DNA from: a virus
Taxonomy: Duplodnaviria; Caudoviricetes
Reading direction: 5' to 3' (one strand)
Length of the DNA: 40,948 nucleotides
Virus record (IMG/VR): IMGVR_UViG_3300044836_000085
Span: 1-40,948 of that record
The notes beneath the pieces are model-generated. The model was not told the origin of the DNA and ran no database searches. It worked only from the letters and a program-made list of their open reading frames with translations. The translations under genes were made by a program, and so were the position numbers. Of the stretch, positions 26,063-35,560 are shown piece by piece (the first letter of the stretch is position 1; every line of letters begins with the position of its first letter).

Positions 26063-28035
26063 TAGCTGACCGTCAGGCCCGTGCCCTTGCTGAAGGCTTC
26101 GGGGTGGCGGAGCGCGATGTCTATCATCAGGAAGAGCACGAGGCGGATTAGACCCTTGCCCGCGAGCGTGTAGGGGTCAGTCAAAATCTCCATCGCGCCC
26201 CACTCGCCGACCAGAAGCTCAGGCCACACACCGAAGGCGATGCCGTGCTCGTTCGTGCCGACGCCCATGTCCTTACGCACCTGCGTTGAGACCTCGGCGC
26301 GGTAGCCGTTCATCTCGCCTTCGCCCGCCTTCCCTGTCCAGATAGCCTCGCCGTTCGTGCCTGAGAACTTCTGCGTCGTCTTCGCCGCGCCGCGCACCCC
26401 CGGCGTGGTGAGATAACCCATCTCATTCACGTCGGCGTCGGCCTCGGCGATGACGGTCTCCATCTGCACGACCTTCGGGAACGTGATTGCGCCGCCGAAG
26501 GCCACGGGGTTGACGCCCGACGCGACGTAGATACCCGTCGGCTGATTTGAAGCGCCTGAGCCGTGAAGCGACGCGCGGTCTATGCCGAGCGCGGCGGTCT
26601 TGCGCAGGTCGTTGGTCACGAGCGTGTCAACGACGCCCGCCGACTGCCGGAGCAGTTGGCGCGAGTAACCCTGCTGCGCCATCGCCGTCTTAGGCGACAG
26701 CACGACCTGATCGAGCGCGATGTTCGACTCGGTCACGTCCGAGCCGGGGTTCTCACCCACCCAGTAAAGAGTGCCCGCGCCGGTCTGTTTCGGGAACGCG
26801 ACCGGGCCGGTCAGACCCGGCAGTAGTTGAGCGCCGAGCATGAAGACCTTCGCGCGAGCGCGCAGCATGTCTATGAACGAGCCCGGCTCGGTGAAAAGGA
26901 TGTCTGAGCCTGTAGCCGCGCCCGTCGTGGTCAGCGGCGTGCGCTTGAACTCCGGCCCGCCGTAGAGCGTGATGCCCGTCGGGATGAAGATTGAAGTTTG
27001 GTTTCGCGGTTCGCGGCCGAGCTTCTTGCCTATCTCGTCCGAAACCTCGCGCTCGAAGCCCTTGCCGCCGTCCGCCGCCAGCATGATTGCGCGACCGATG
27101 GAGTAGCGCTGCTTCTCGTCGGGCGTCAGGTCTACGGGCGACTTCCCCGGCTCGACAACGGGCTGCCCCGCGCGCATTCGCTTGAGGGCTTCCGTCTTGA
27201 ACTCTTCAAGCGTCTTGTCGCCTGTGACGAACTCGCGCGCGAGCGCCGTGTAAGGCTGCGCGTCGTTGCCTCGGTCGAGCAGTGCGGCGAGATTCAAAAT
27301 CTCTTCTTTCGCGTCCATGACATTCTCCTTCGGGGTGGTGCTCGCGGCGCGCGCTTCAACGACGGTCGCCGGTTCAATCGGGGCTTGTCGCCCCTCTTCT
27401 TCTGCGGCGGCCGCCGCGCATTCGGGACAGCCTTCAACGTCGCAGTTGGCGGGGTCGTGCGCCGTATCGTCCGCATTCATCGCGCGGCCCACGCCCGCCG
27501 CGAGGTCAGCCGCCGCCGAGACAATCGAGCCCTCTATCGGCTCCCACAGGACGGCGCGGTAAACGGGGTATCCGTCAATCTCGCCCTCGTCCTTCGGCGC
27601 GAACTTGTGAACGATGAAGACGCAGGAGGTCGGCGTGTAGTCACCCGCCGCGAGGTCTTCCTTGACCTCCTCGTAAATCTCGTTGGCGTAAGGGCGCGTC
27701 GAGAAGCGGGCCTTCACTCTCAAGACCTGTCCGTCCGTCTCAGGGTCGCGCAGGCGTCCGAGTCGGCGATCAACGTCGTGGTTTTCGAGGAAGGGCGCGG
27801 AGGTCTTAAGGCGGTCGAGCTTGATGGACTCAGGCGAGTGGTCAAGCAGTATGTAGGCAAAGCCGTGATAAATGGGCCGGTTAGTCGTGAGAACGAGAGG
27901 GACGGTGCGCGTCGCCTCGTCTATCACTCCGGTGCTCACGTCGGCAGCCCTGCTCTCGGCATCCAACGGCGGCGGGAAGGACTGCGTGAGCGGTTGACCG
28001 ATTAAGCTGTTGATGTCTTTAACGGGTCGTGCCAT
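26062..28035 (-). CDS. Prohead protease-major capsid fusion protein (HK97 fold)
   Basis: Protease half PFLENHD..WEPIEGSIVS..GVGR; capsid half YSIGRAI..SRQLLRQS..GSGASNQPTGI..DPYT..LRHPEAF. Confidence 0.93.
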   Translation of the reverse strand: MARPVKDINSLIGQPLTQSFPPPLDAESRAADVSTGVIDEATRTVPLVLTTNRPIYHGFAYILLDHSPESIKLDRLKTSAPFLENHDVDRRLGRLRDPETDGQVLRVKARFSTRPYANEIYEEVKEDLAAGDYTPTSCVFIVHKFAPKDEGEIDGYPVYRAVLWEPIEGSIVSAAADLAAGVGRAMNADDTAHDPANCDVEGCPECAAAAAEEEGRQAPIEPATVVEARAASTTPKENVMDAKEEILNLAALLDRGNDAQPYTALAREFVTGDKTLEEFKTEALKRMRAGQPVVEPGKSPVDLTPDEKQRYSIGRAIMLAADGGKGFEREVSDEIGKKLGREPRNQTSIFIPTGITLYGGPEFKRTPLTTTGAATGSDILFTEPGSFIDMLRARAKVFMLGAQLLPGLTGPVAFPKQTGAGTLYWVGENPGSDVTESNIALDQVVLSPKTAMAQQGYSRQLLRQSAGVVDTLVTNDLRKTAALGIDRASLHGSGASNQPTGIYVASGVNPVAFGGAITFPKVVQMETVIAEADADVNEMGYLTTPGVRGAAKTTQKFSGTNGEAIWTGKAGEGEMNGYRAEVSTQVRKDMGVGTNEHGIAFGVWPELLVGEWGAMEILTDPYTLAGKGLIRLVLFLMIDIALRHPEAFSKGTGLTVS

Positions 28036-28064
28036 AGCTTCGTCGGGGTAGCCCCCTGAGCGTG

Positions 28065-28107
28065 ACTATGGCACGAGGTTTCGGGATTATTTTGTGCGCG
28101 GCACTCA
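28065..28107 (-). promoter_or_regulatory. Putative phage late promoter (capsid operon)
   Basis: TGAGTGCCGCGCACAAAATAA-16 nt-CATAGT, 19/21 identical to 35540-35560. Confidence 0.65.
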
Positions 28108-29673
28108 CCCGCCTTTGCCGTCAGTCGCGGCGGCGATTGCGGCGAGCGTGACGAGGTCACTACTCTTCGTCAGCACTCCATTATCGTTGATGAAGTCCTG
28201 CTCCTCTTTGAGCCTTCGGATAGTGTCCTCGAAGTCGCCGCCCTGCTCCGCGATGAAGTCGGAACGAGTGCCGAGGCCGTTGTTGATTGACTCGACGGCC
28301 GCCGCGATGTCCTTAAGCGGGTCAACCCACGGCCAGCCGCGCGGCTGGAACTCGGCGGCCATCTTCATGCGGCCGAAGTCCGAAGGCAATATATTGAGCG
28401 CGCCCGTCAGGATACCCCGCGTCAAAAACTGCTCATAGACACGTCTGCAAAAGTGGTCTATGAGAAAGCTCTGAATGGTCTTGTAGTTGTCGCGGTCATC
28501 GAGGAGACCGACACGCGCGCTCGAATAGTTGACGGCTGTCAGGTCGCCAGCGAGCGCGAAGTATGAAACGTCGAGACCGCACGCCGCATACCTCAACACC
28601 GTCGAGGTGAAGGGGTCGAATGTCTCGCCGGGGTGCTGCGGGTCATACGTCTTAACATCCCACCCCGGCCCAAGCTCTTCCCACGCACCCGGCTCGGCGC
28701 GGCTAATGAGCGGAGCCTGCGCCGCCTCTTCATCGGTAAGGGGGATGCCCGCATTCTCGTCATTCTTCGGAGGAATCAAAAAGCCCATCTTGCACGCCGA
28801 GAGGTGCGAGTTGATAAGCTCGGCCTCTACGAACTGGCCGAGGATACGCAGCTCGTACATGGCCGCGTGCGCCCACGGCACGCCCCTGACCTGTCCGTCG
28901 TCCTCGAACGGCAGATAACAGTGGACGACCTCGGAGGCCGGAACTTTCACGCGCTCCATGACGGGCTGATAAGGCAGCGCCGACAACTCGTATCTCGGAG
29001 TCGTGAAGTAGTAGTTGACGGGGCGGTCGTAGCGGTCAACCTCAACCGACATCAGTATGCGGTTGCCGTTCTTTAAGACCTCGTTGTAAGTCTCATCCAA
29101 GTACGCCACGTCGTAGAACTTGAGCGAGAATCCGAAAGCGTTGTCGGCTTCAATAAATCGGCAGAGAAATTCACCGTCGCGCGCCATCGTGTGAATCGTC
29201 ATGCTCTGAGCGCCCACCCACGAATACTTGCCCGACGCGGAGCAGTTCTCAGGAAGCGACCACTCTTTGAACTTCTCCTCAACCTCCTTGTTGAGCAGTT
29301 CGTCAAGCTCGTTCGCCTTCTTCGCGCGCACCTGTAGCCTGATGCCGCCCGGCCCGATGACGTTACGGCGAACCATGCCGAGGAAGCGCTTCATGTGCGG
29401 GTTATTCCTCGCCATGTCGCGGCTGCCGGAGCGGAGCGCGCGAAGCTGTCGGAAAATCTCGCCCTGACTCATCGTAGGTGACGCAGGCCAGCCACCCGTG
29501 GCCCTTGTCATCTGCGCCGCGGTATAGACGCGGGCCACCCGGCGCACGCGCGCGAGTTCTCTCGCGCTCTCGGCGACCTGTCTTTCAATCTTGGCGGCAG
29601 CCTCTACGCGCCGACGCTCGGCCATGACCGCGGACATCGGGGGAAGGTCTAGGTTTAGTGGATTCAGGCCCAT
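28105..29673 (-). CDS. Portal protein, lambda family
   Basis: LRSGSRDMARNNP, DGEF, GQVRGVPW, VNYSSARVGLL and WPWVDPLKD motifs. Confidence 0.95.
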   Translation of the reverse strand: MGLNPLNLDLPPMSAVMAERRRVEAAAKIERQVAESARELARVRRVARVYTAAQMTRATGGWPASPTMSQGEIFRQLRALRSGSRDMARNNPHMKRFLGMVRRNVIGPGGIRLQVRAKKANELDELLNKEVEEKFKEWSLPENCSASGKYSWVGAQSMTIHTMARDGEFLCRFIEADNAFGFSLKFYDVAYLDETYNEVLKNGNRILMSVEVDRYDRPVNYYFTTPRYELSALPYQPVMERVKVPASEVVHCYLPFEDDGQVRGVPWAHAAMYELRILGQFVEAELINSHLSACKMGFLIPPKNDENAGIPLTDEEAAQAPLISRAEPGAWEELGPGWDVKTYDPQHPGETFDPFTSTVLRYAACGLDVSYFALAGDLTAVNYSSARVGLLDDRDNYKTIQSFLIDHFCRRVYEQFLTRGILTGALNILPSDFGRMKMAAEFQPRGWPWVDPLKDIAAAVESINNGLGTRSDFIAEQGGDFEDTIRRLKEEQDFINDNGVLTKSSDLVTLAAIAAATDGKGG

Positions 29674-29682
29674 GACTCACCT

Positions 29683-30264
29683 CTAATAATTGGTCTTGAA
29701 GAAAGGCGCACCCTTCTTTATTTTTGCGCGCCGCCGCTCGGCGTTTACCCTTTGCGCGAGCGTCGCCTCAAGCTCCAGCAGTTCCGTCTTTCCGAAGTAG
29801 CGCATACGGCGGTTCGACCCCACGCCGCCGATTTCATACTCCGCCACGCTAGCCGATGAGGTCGGCACGAGTGCGGCGCGCACGGCCTCAAGGTCTTTCT
29901 CCGCCTGCGTCTTCTGGTAAACGGCAGCGCCCGCGCCGAGCGCCGGGGCAATCTCTACGACGAGCTGCCCCTCGTTCGGGAAGCTCTGCCGGTCGCCGCC
30001 GTCGAAGGTGACGACCCACTCCGCGAGGAACGTGCCCGCCGTGCCAACGTCCTCGGCCGCCCATGAGTATGTGACCTTGCCCTTGTTGGCCGTCTGGTCC
30101 GGGTCAACCTCGGCCTCGGCTGAAACCTTCGCCTCAGACTCGCCCGACTGCTGCATAACGAAGAGGACGGTCGCGTCCGTCAGGTCAACCGGCCCTTCGT
30201 CGTCTCGAAGGACGGCCACGAAGGGCCGCGCCGTGTTGTTCTGTTTGAGATAGAAGTCGGCCAT
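29683..30264 (-). CDS. BppU/Ig-like domain fused to gpW-like head-completion domain
   Basis: N-half FYLKQNNT..VDLTDATV..GKVTYSW..AEWVVTF..QSFP; C-half AEKDLEAV..VAEYEIG..R..Y..ELL. It occupies the gpW slot before the portal gene. Confidence 0.7.
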   Translation of the reverse strand: MADFYLKQNNTARPFVAVLRDDEGPVDLTDATVLFVMQQSGESEAKVSAEAEVDPDQTANKGKVTYSWAAEDVGTAGTFLAEWVVTFDGGDRQSFPNEGQLVVEIAPALGAGAAVYQKTQAEKDLEAVRAALVPTSSASVAEYEIGGVGSNRRMRYFGKTELLELEATLAQRVNAERRRAKIKKGAPFFKTNY

Positions 30265-30267
30265 CTG

Positions 30268-31344
30268 CTACACCTCCGCGCTCGTGCGCCCGTCCGATTC
30301 GAGCAGGCCCGCGGTCAAGTTCGTGGCGGCGGTCGCGCCCGTGTGTCCGCTCTCGTTTGAGAGATGCGCGCCTCCGTGGATCACGAACGTATGAGCCACG
30401 ACAGAGACGGTCTCATAACCCGCGCCCGCCTCTGTCGCCTCAATCAAGACCGCGAGCGCGGTCGCCAGCAGGCCCGCGCCCTGCTCAGACGAGGAGACAT
30501 CTACTCCGACCGTCCACGCCTCCGAGCCGAGGCCATTCTCCGAGACCGCGACCGAAGCCTGAGCGTCGGCCTCGTCACTCATTCCGGCCTCGCCGACCGT
30601 GACCAGCGCGGCGACGTTTTGAGCGTCCGCGCCTGCCCCTGCCTCGGACGCGTTGGCGCTTGCCGAGACGAGCAGAGAGTCGGCCCCAACTCCGACCTCA
30701 GACGCCGAGACACTAGCGGCGACGGCGAAGCCTGCGGCGGGCAGCGTCTCGGCTGCCGAAGGAGAGAAGGCCATGCTTTGGGCTTCGACACCCGCGCCGA
30801 CCTCTCCCGTCGAGACGGCCGCCGAGGAGGAGACCGAAGCCGAGCCCGGCACGCCTTCCGACGCGCTCACGCTTTGGTTCGTCGAGTAATCAACGACGAC
30901 ATAGAGGCTCGTCACCCGCATATCGCGGTTGGCGGCCATCCTTACTGATGCGAAGAGACTCTGTAGCTTCGTCAGCGTCCACGCGCCGGCGTCAGGCGCG
31001 AGAGCGAAGTCGTCGTTGAAGGTCGTGTAACTCGTCGGGACGTTCGTGTGCGTCCCGCTCGTCGAAGTGCTCGCCGAGTAGAAGAGCTTCGTAATAAAGC
31101 TTGCGAGCAGAGAGGTCGAGCGCGCGACCGAGATGATGCGCACGAAGTTGATTATGTCCGTGGCCGTGACGACCGCAGGCGCGGCGACCTGATACTTCTC
31201 TTCCGTGTTATTGACGGCGGCGCTGATATAGCTCGTGTCGGCGTCGTCGGGCAGAGCGACGGCGGCGACCTTAGACGCGCCCGCGCCGAGCGTCCAGTTG
31301 TCGGGCGTCGTCGTTGCGGTTAGTGCTAGGGTTTCCTGCGGCAT
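30268..31344 (-). CDS. Putative virion fibre/appendage protein with ~18-aa repeats
   Basis: Beta-sandwich-like N-half, then about nine S/T-x-x-E-x-G-x-G repeats. Confidence 0.65.
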   Translation of the reverse strand: MPQETLALTATTTPDNWTLGAGASKVAAVALPDDADTSYISAAVNNTEEKYQVAAPAVVTATDIINFVRIISVARSTSLLASFITKLFYSASTSTSGTHTNVPTSYTTFNDDFALAPDAGAWTLTKLQSLFASVRMAANRDMRVTSLYVVVDYSTNQSVSASEGVPGSASVSSSAAVSTGEVGAGVEAQSMAFSPSAAETLPAAGFAVAASVSASEVGVGADSLLVSASANASEAGAGADAQNVAALVTVGEAGMSDEADAQASVAVSENGLGSEAWTVGVDVSSSEQGAGLLATALAVLIEATEAGAGYETVSVVAHTFVIHGGAHLSNESGHTGATAATNLTAGLLESDGRTSAEV

Positions 31345-31345
31345 G

Positions 31346-31849
31346 TTACGGAACGGTTATCGTGTAGGTGGCTGTCCAGACCGTGCCGGACGCCTTCGTG
31401 CCGAGCGCCTGCGCCGTGCGCGCGAGCATCGTGCCCGCGGACGAGGCATTGAAGAGCGCTATCTCGTTCCATACGAAATTAGCCTGCGCCGAGCCGAAGG
31501 ACGCGCGCCACGTCACCGTCTGACCCGAGCGCGAGGGATAGGTCGCGTCCATGCCGACGCGGAGCTTGTTCGTCGCGGCCTGTAGGTCTGTCATCCCCGC
31601 CGTCGTCGCGGTCGAAGAGTCGCCGACTCCTATGTAGGCGTTGGCGTTGTTGAAGGCCGTCCCGCCCGCGCCGATAAGTAGGTCGAGCAGGGCCGCGCCT
31701 CCCGCGTTGACGTAGGCGTTGACGAACTCTATTACCTCGAAAGGCTGCTCTTCGAGCGAGCCGTCTTCACGCACGTTGAACTTCTCAATTCGGAATATGC
31801 CGTGCGGCATATCCTCGGCGGGCCTGTTGTCATTCTCTTCTGAAAGCAT
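31346..31849 (-). CDS. Putative virion structural (fibre/collar-type) protein
   Basis: N..VNAG..AYIGVGDS..DLQAATNK..ANFVWNEIALFNASSAGTMLAR..GTK resembles phage fibre/collar N-domains. Confidence 0.7.
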   Translation of the reverse strand: MLSEENDNRPAEDMPHGIFRIEKFNVREDGSLEEQPFEVIEFVNAYVNAGGAALLDLLIGAGGTAFNNANAYIGVGDSSTATTAGMTDLQAATNKLRVGMDATYPSRSGQTVTWRASFGSAQANFVWNEIALFNASSAGTMLARTAQALGTKASGTVWTATYTITVP

Positions 31850-31851
31850 GT

Positions 31852-33828
31852 CTATCTCCTCCCACTTAACGGGTCACTTGAGAAGCCGGGAACGAATCCT
31901 CGGCGCATCGGTCGGCGGCCGGTCGAACGCCTGCGCTCCTGCGGCGGGGGCGGGGGCTGCGGCATCGGCTTGCCGCTCAATCGGCGCGCCGCGAGCTGTT
32001 CGAGGTCTGGATTGAGTATTGCGAGCGCGGCCATGTTGTAGACGCGGAGGTCTAAGCCCTCATTGCGCCACGAGGGTTTAATCTTCTCCCACACGCGCAC
32101 AGTCCCGCGCTTCGTGCGCTTCATAACCGCGTGCTCAGCGCGCAACTGCTTGAAATAGTCCTCGCCGTAGTAGACGTGGCCGTCGCGCTCGAACTGATTG
32201 GGGAAGTGACAGAAGCCCGGCCCGGCCTCGGCAACGGCGAGGCGGTGCTGGAACGTGTCTTTAGCCGTCTCCGTGCCGATGGTGTAGAGACGGACAAGGC
32301 CACCCGCGCGCTTAAGGAATGATGGCTGCGAGACGAGGGGCTTGCCGGGAACGTTCGCGCCCTTCACGGCGAACCAGTGGCGGCCCGCGTTCTGCCGGCA
32401 GAAGCGATACACGTCGTCCGAGTGGTGGCCGCCTGAGTCTATGCACGCCACGAGCACGCGCATGTTCAGCACCTCGCTCGCGCCGCTCTCGTCGTCACCC
32501 GCAAGGCCCGACTCGTACTCAAATTTTCTAGTGAGCGCGAGTTTCAGCGTCTCCCAAACTTCGGGCTGCGAAGGGTCGCCGGGGATAACGCCGTAGTCGA
32601 GAGACCAGCTCTCAAAGTCCAGACCCCAACCGACGACCTCATACTCAAGTCGGTTGTGCTGCACGTCCACGGCGGCGGTAATAACGAGGACGCCGTCGGG
32701 CAGAAAGATGGTGTAAGGCTCTCGCCTCTCTTCGAGGTCTGTCACTTCAATGCCGCCCTCGAACTCCTGCCACCCCTGCGCGAGCGTAGTATTCACGAAG
32801 ACCTTTAGCTGCTCGGGGTCATTCTTCGCCTTGAGGAAGTTCGCGCATATCTCTCCCCAAGTGACGAACGGCGAATAAGCCTCCCAAATCCAGAAGCCCG
32901 CGCGGCCCGCGAAAGGCTTCTCTGCGCGCCACTCGCCGCGCGCAAGCATCTCGGCCTTGTTCTCGTGTTCGATGGCGCAGCCGTTCACCTGGCAGACGTA
33001 GAAAGCATTTGCTACGTCGTCGCCGTCCCACTTGATACAGTAGTCGCCGCCCTCGTTCTTCCACTGCAAGACCTGATACTCGCCGCAATGGGGGCACGGC
33101 ACGTAGAACTTGCGCTTGTCCGAGGTCTCATATTCCCACTCAATCGGCGAATACCTTTTCGCGTCGGGCGGTGCGCCCGCGGGAGGCTCAAGGCGGTCGC
33201 GCGGGCTTGACACCTTAGCGACCTGCCGCCGCTCCTTGAACGTGATCGTGCGTTTCTCGGCGAGAGCCGCAGGGTCGCCCTCGCGCGTCGGCCTGTGCGC
33301 GTCCCGCTCATCGAGAAAGGCGTACTGACGAGAGCGAGAGGAGAGACTTTCGGGAGAGGTCGCGTATGCGATGGCGAGATGTCCGCCGGGGAAGCTCTTG
33401 CCCTCAAGCGTGTTGCCGCTCTCGCGCGTGCGCGAGTCCCTGACCACAGACCGCAGCACGGGCGTGGCGCGAATCATCGGCGCCAGCCTCTCCCTTGAGA
33501 AGACCTCCGCCTTCTTGTCCGTTTCGGCGACGTAAAGAATAGGGGCGGGCCGCTGGTGCATCAGGAAGCCGATGCCGTTACAGCAGAACTCGGTCTTGCC
33601 GACCTGAGAGGAGGCCACAAAGATGATTTCATAAACGCCCGCCTTGCCTATGCAGTCCATCGGCTCGACGAGGTAGGGCGTGACCTCGTTGTGCCACGGG
33701 CCGGGCATACTCGAAAGCTCCGAGAGATGCCTGTGCCGCGCCGCCCACTGAGAGACGGTCACGCCGGTGTCGGGTATGCCCGCGACTACCGCCTCAGAGA
33801 TAAGCCTTGTACGTGGCGCGTAAGTCAT
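31852..33828 (-). CDS. terL: Terminase large subunit (lambda GpA family)
   Basis: SSQVGKTE (Walker A), FLDERD (Walker B), VPCPHCG, FVNTTL, VDVQ, IDSGG and RNEGLD motifs. Confidence 0.97.
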   Translation of the reverse strand: MTYAPRTRLISEAVVAGIPDTGVTVSQWAARHRHLSELSSMPGPWHNEVTPYLVEPMDCIGKAGVYEIIFVASSQVGKTEFCCNGIGFLMHQRPAPILYVAETDKKAEVFSRERLAPMIRATPVLRSVVRDSRTRESGNTLEGKSFPGGHLAIAYATSPESLSSRSRQYAFLDERDAHRPTREGDPAALAEKRTITFKERRQVAKVSSPRDRLEPPAGAPPDAKRYSPIEWEYETSDKRKFYVPCPHCGEYQVLQWKNEGGDYCIKWDGDDVANAFYVCQVNGCAIEHENKAEMLARGEWRAEKPFAGRAGFWIWEAYSPFVTWGEICANFLKAKNDPEQLKVFVNTTLAQGWQEFEGGIEVTDLEERREPYTIFLPDGVLVITAAVDVQHNRLEYEVVGWGLDFESWSLDYGVIPGDPSQPEVWETLKLALTRKFEYESGLAGDDESGASEVLNMRVLVACIDSGGHHSDDVYRFCRQNAGRHWFAVKGANVPGKPLVSQPSFLKRAGGLVRLYTIGTETAKDTFQHRLAVAEAGPGFCHFPNQFERDGHVYYGEDYFKQLRAEHAVMKRTKRGTVRVWEKIKPSWRNEGLDLRVYNMAALAILNPDLEQLAARRLSGKPMPQPPPPPQERRRSTGRRPMRRGFVPGFSSDPLSGRR

Positions 33829-34264
33829 TGAAGAAGTCTTCGGCGTCTTTTTTGAGCGCCGCCTCTACCTGTGAAACTTTCTTCCCTTTGAGTTGGGGCG
33901 CGAGCACGGTCGGCCCCGTCACGGCGAAGTGCTGATGAATCCTTTTGACTAACTCCTGCACGTCCTCTCGCACCTCCTGAATCGAAACCAACTCGCCGCG
34001 CTCGCGGTCGAGTTTGAGTTTGGTGCGCGCGGCCTCGGCCGCCGTCTTCGCCGTCTGCGCTTTGCGTAGCCCCGTCGTGCCGTCCTGCTGCAAGACTGCG
34101 AGGGCTTCGTCGGCGTCGTATAGCTTCTCTTTCGCCTTCTCCTGCCGAGGTTGTACTCCCTTCGTTTCGAGCTTCGTCTTGACTGTCGCGCGGTTTAATC
34201 CCGACCGCTTCGCAAGCTCAGTCGTGTTCAGCAGCCCGCGCGCCTGTTCGGCCTTCTTAGACAT
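33794..34264 (-). CDS. terS: Terminase small subunit (Nu1-like)
   Basis: N-terminal HTH (TTELAKRSGLNRATV..LYD) and KLDRERGELV; immediately upstream of terL. Confidence 0.85.
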   Translation of the reverse strand: MSKKAEQARGLLNTTELAKRSGLNRATVKTKLETKGVQPRQEKAKEKLYDADEALAVLQQDGTTGLRKAQTAKTAAEAARTKLKLDRERGELVSIQEVREDVQELVKRIHQHFAVTGPTVLAPQLKGKKVSQVEAALKKDAEDFFNDLRATYKAYL

Positions 34265-34406
34265 TCAGGATGGCCCTCCTGACGTGCGAGGCCACCGCGC
34301 GCATGAAGCTTTGAATCATCCCTTTCCCGCGCTCCGTGCCTTTGTTGGCGTTGTGGTCGTCGGCGGTAAGGTCTTTCAGGGTTTTGATTTTCTTCGGCGC
34401 TCTCAT
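34257..34406 (-). pseudogene. 49-aa remnant resembling the N-terminus of a ParB-like domain protein
   Basis: MRAPKKIKTLKDLTADDHNANKGTERGKGMIQS..., coupled to both neighbours and not in the supplied ORF track. Confidence 0.6.
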
Positions 34407-34993
34407 TTAGCAGTCCTCAGAGCTTCCGCGATTGCCGCCGCGAAGTTAGGCCCGAACTGTTTGCCGAACGTCCGGACGGTCGGCTCAATGACTGTCGAGT
34501 GCTTCCTGATACGCGCGCGCCGCTCAAGGCCGTAGAAGGCGAGGAGTCGCTTGTCCTGTCGGTAGAAGAGGACAGGCCCCCGGCGCGTCTCAAGCACCAC
34601 GCCACTGCGCCCCAATGCGCTCGGCTTCAGGTCGGCCCTGACCTTCGAGGCGCCAGTCGGGCGCGGGCGACCGGGGCCGACGAGCGGGACGGCGAGCAGG
34701 CCGCCTCCGTTCGCAACCTTGTCCTCGCCCGTCTCGTGCGGAATGAGCCAATCCGCGGCGGTCTTGAGCGTGGACTCAAGGCGGGCCTTCGTGGCGGGCG
34801 TGATGCGGACGCCGAAACGGCTGCTCGGCAGATACCACGCCCCTCGCGTAGTGAAGGTGCGGCGGATGGTGTCAATGACCTCGCTCTGCGACTGCTTCGT
34901 GGTCTTCGTCTGCGCGACCGCGGCCGCGTAGAGGAGTTGGCTGTCGAGCGTAAGCACGCCGCGCACGTCGCCTGATGTTTCAACATTCGCCAT
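34403..34993 (-). CDS. Putative tail-completion/neck (gpZ-like) protein
   Basis: Basic 196-aa protein (YAAAVAQTKT..L.PHETG..K..FAAAIAEALRTAK) of the type often found upstream of GpA-type terminases. Confidence 0.55.
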   Translation of the reverse strand: MANVETSGDVRGVLTLDSQLLYAAAVAQTKTTKQSQSEVIDTIRRTFTTRGAWYLPSSRFGVRITPATKARLESTLKTAADWLIPHETGEDKVANGGGLLAVPLVGPGRPRPTGASKVRADLKPSALGRSGVVLETRRGPVLFYRQDKRLLAFYGLERRARIRKHSTVIEPTVRTFGKQFGPNFAAAIAEALRTAK

Positions 34994-34996
34994 GAC

Positions 34997-35470
34997 TCAA
35001 CGCCTATCCAGTTCCGTCTTGATGGCGCGGAACTGTTCGGCGACCTGCTCGAAGACTCCCGCCGTATGGGACTGTAAGCCCATAAACATCCTCGTCTGTT
35101 CCGTCATCGTTTGCGTCAACTGCGTGTGCTGCCGGGCCGACGCCTCCGACAATTCTCTAAGGGCGAGGACGATGCCCGCGTGCTGCTCGCTGCTATCGTG
35201 CGCGAGTTGTGACAGGTCGGTGCGCGCCTTCAAGTCCGCGACCTGCCGGGTTAGTTCGAGGTTCTCCGTGGCGAGACGTTCCGCCCGCGTGCGCACTATT
35301 CCAAGCTCGGCCTCGTAGGCGTTGGCTGCGCCCTTCCAAGTACCGGCCTCGCGCGACTTGTAAAGTTGATAGACGTTGATGAGGCCGAGGAGTGTGGCGA
35401 GTATGGCGAGCGGTATCGCCCACGGCGACGCCGCTGCTCCCTCGGCGTTTTGAAATAGTAGGATGAACAT
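34997..35470 (-). CDS. Membrane-anchored coiled-coil protein (holin/spanin-like candidate)
   Basis: One TM segment (WAIPLAILATLLGLINVY) followed by heptad repeats. It is the first gene after the putative late promoter. Confidence 0.6.
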   Translation of the reverse strand: MFILLFQNAEGAAASPWAIPLAILATLLGLINVYQLYKSREAGTWKGAANAYEAELGIVRTRAERLATENLELTRQVADLKARTDLSQLAHDSSEQHAGIVLALRELSEASARQHTQLTQTMTEQTRMFMGLQSHTAGVFEQVAEQFRAIKTELDRR

Positions 35471-35517
35471 TCGGTGAGACCGCCTCGGCCTGCTTCTCCT
35501 CTCTTCTAACAAGTCAC

Positions 35518-35560
35518 AGAGTAAGGCAGAGAGGCGCGTTTATTTTGCGGGCGGCACTCA
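35518..35560 (-). promoter_or_regulatory. Putative phage late promoter (packaging operon)
   Basis: TGAGTGCCGCCCGCAAAATAA-16 nt-TACTCT, matching 28065-28107. Confidence 0.65.

Noticed and set aside
11542-35318. Many long plus-strand ORFs opposite the morphogenesis genes (e.g. 15410-16258, 20570-21235, 26998-28005)
   Set aside because: They are antisense shadows of GC-rich genes, with no RBS or recognisable motifs.
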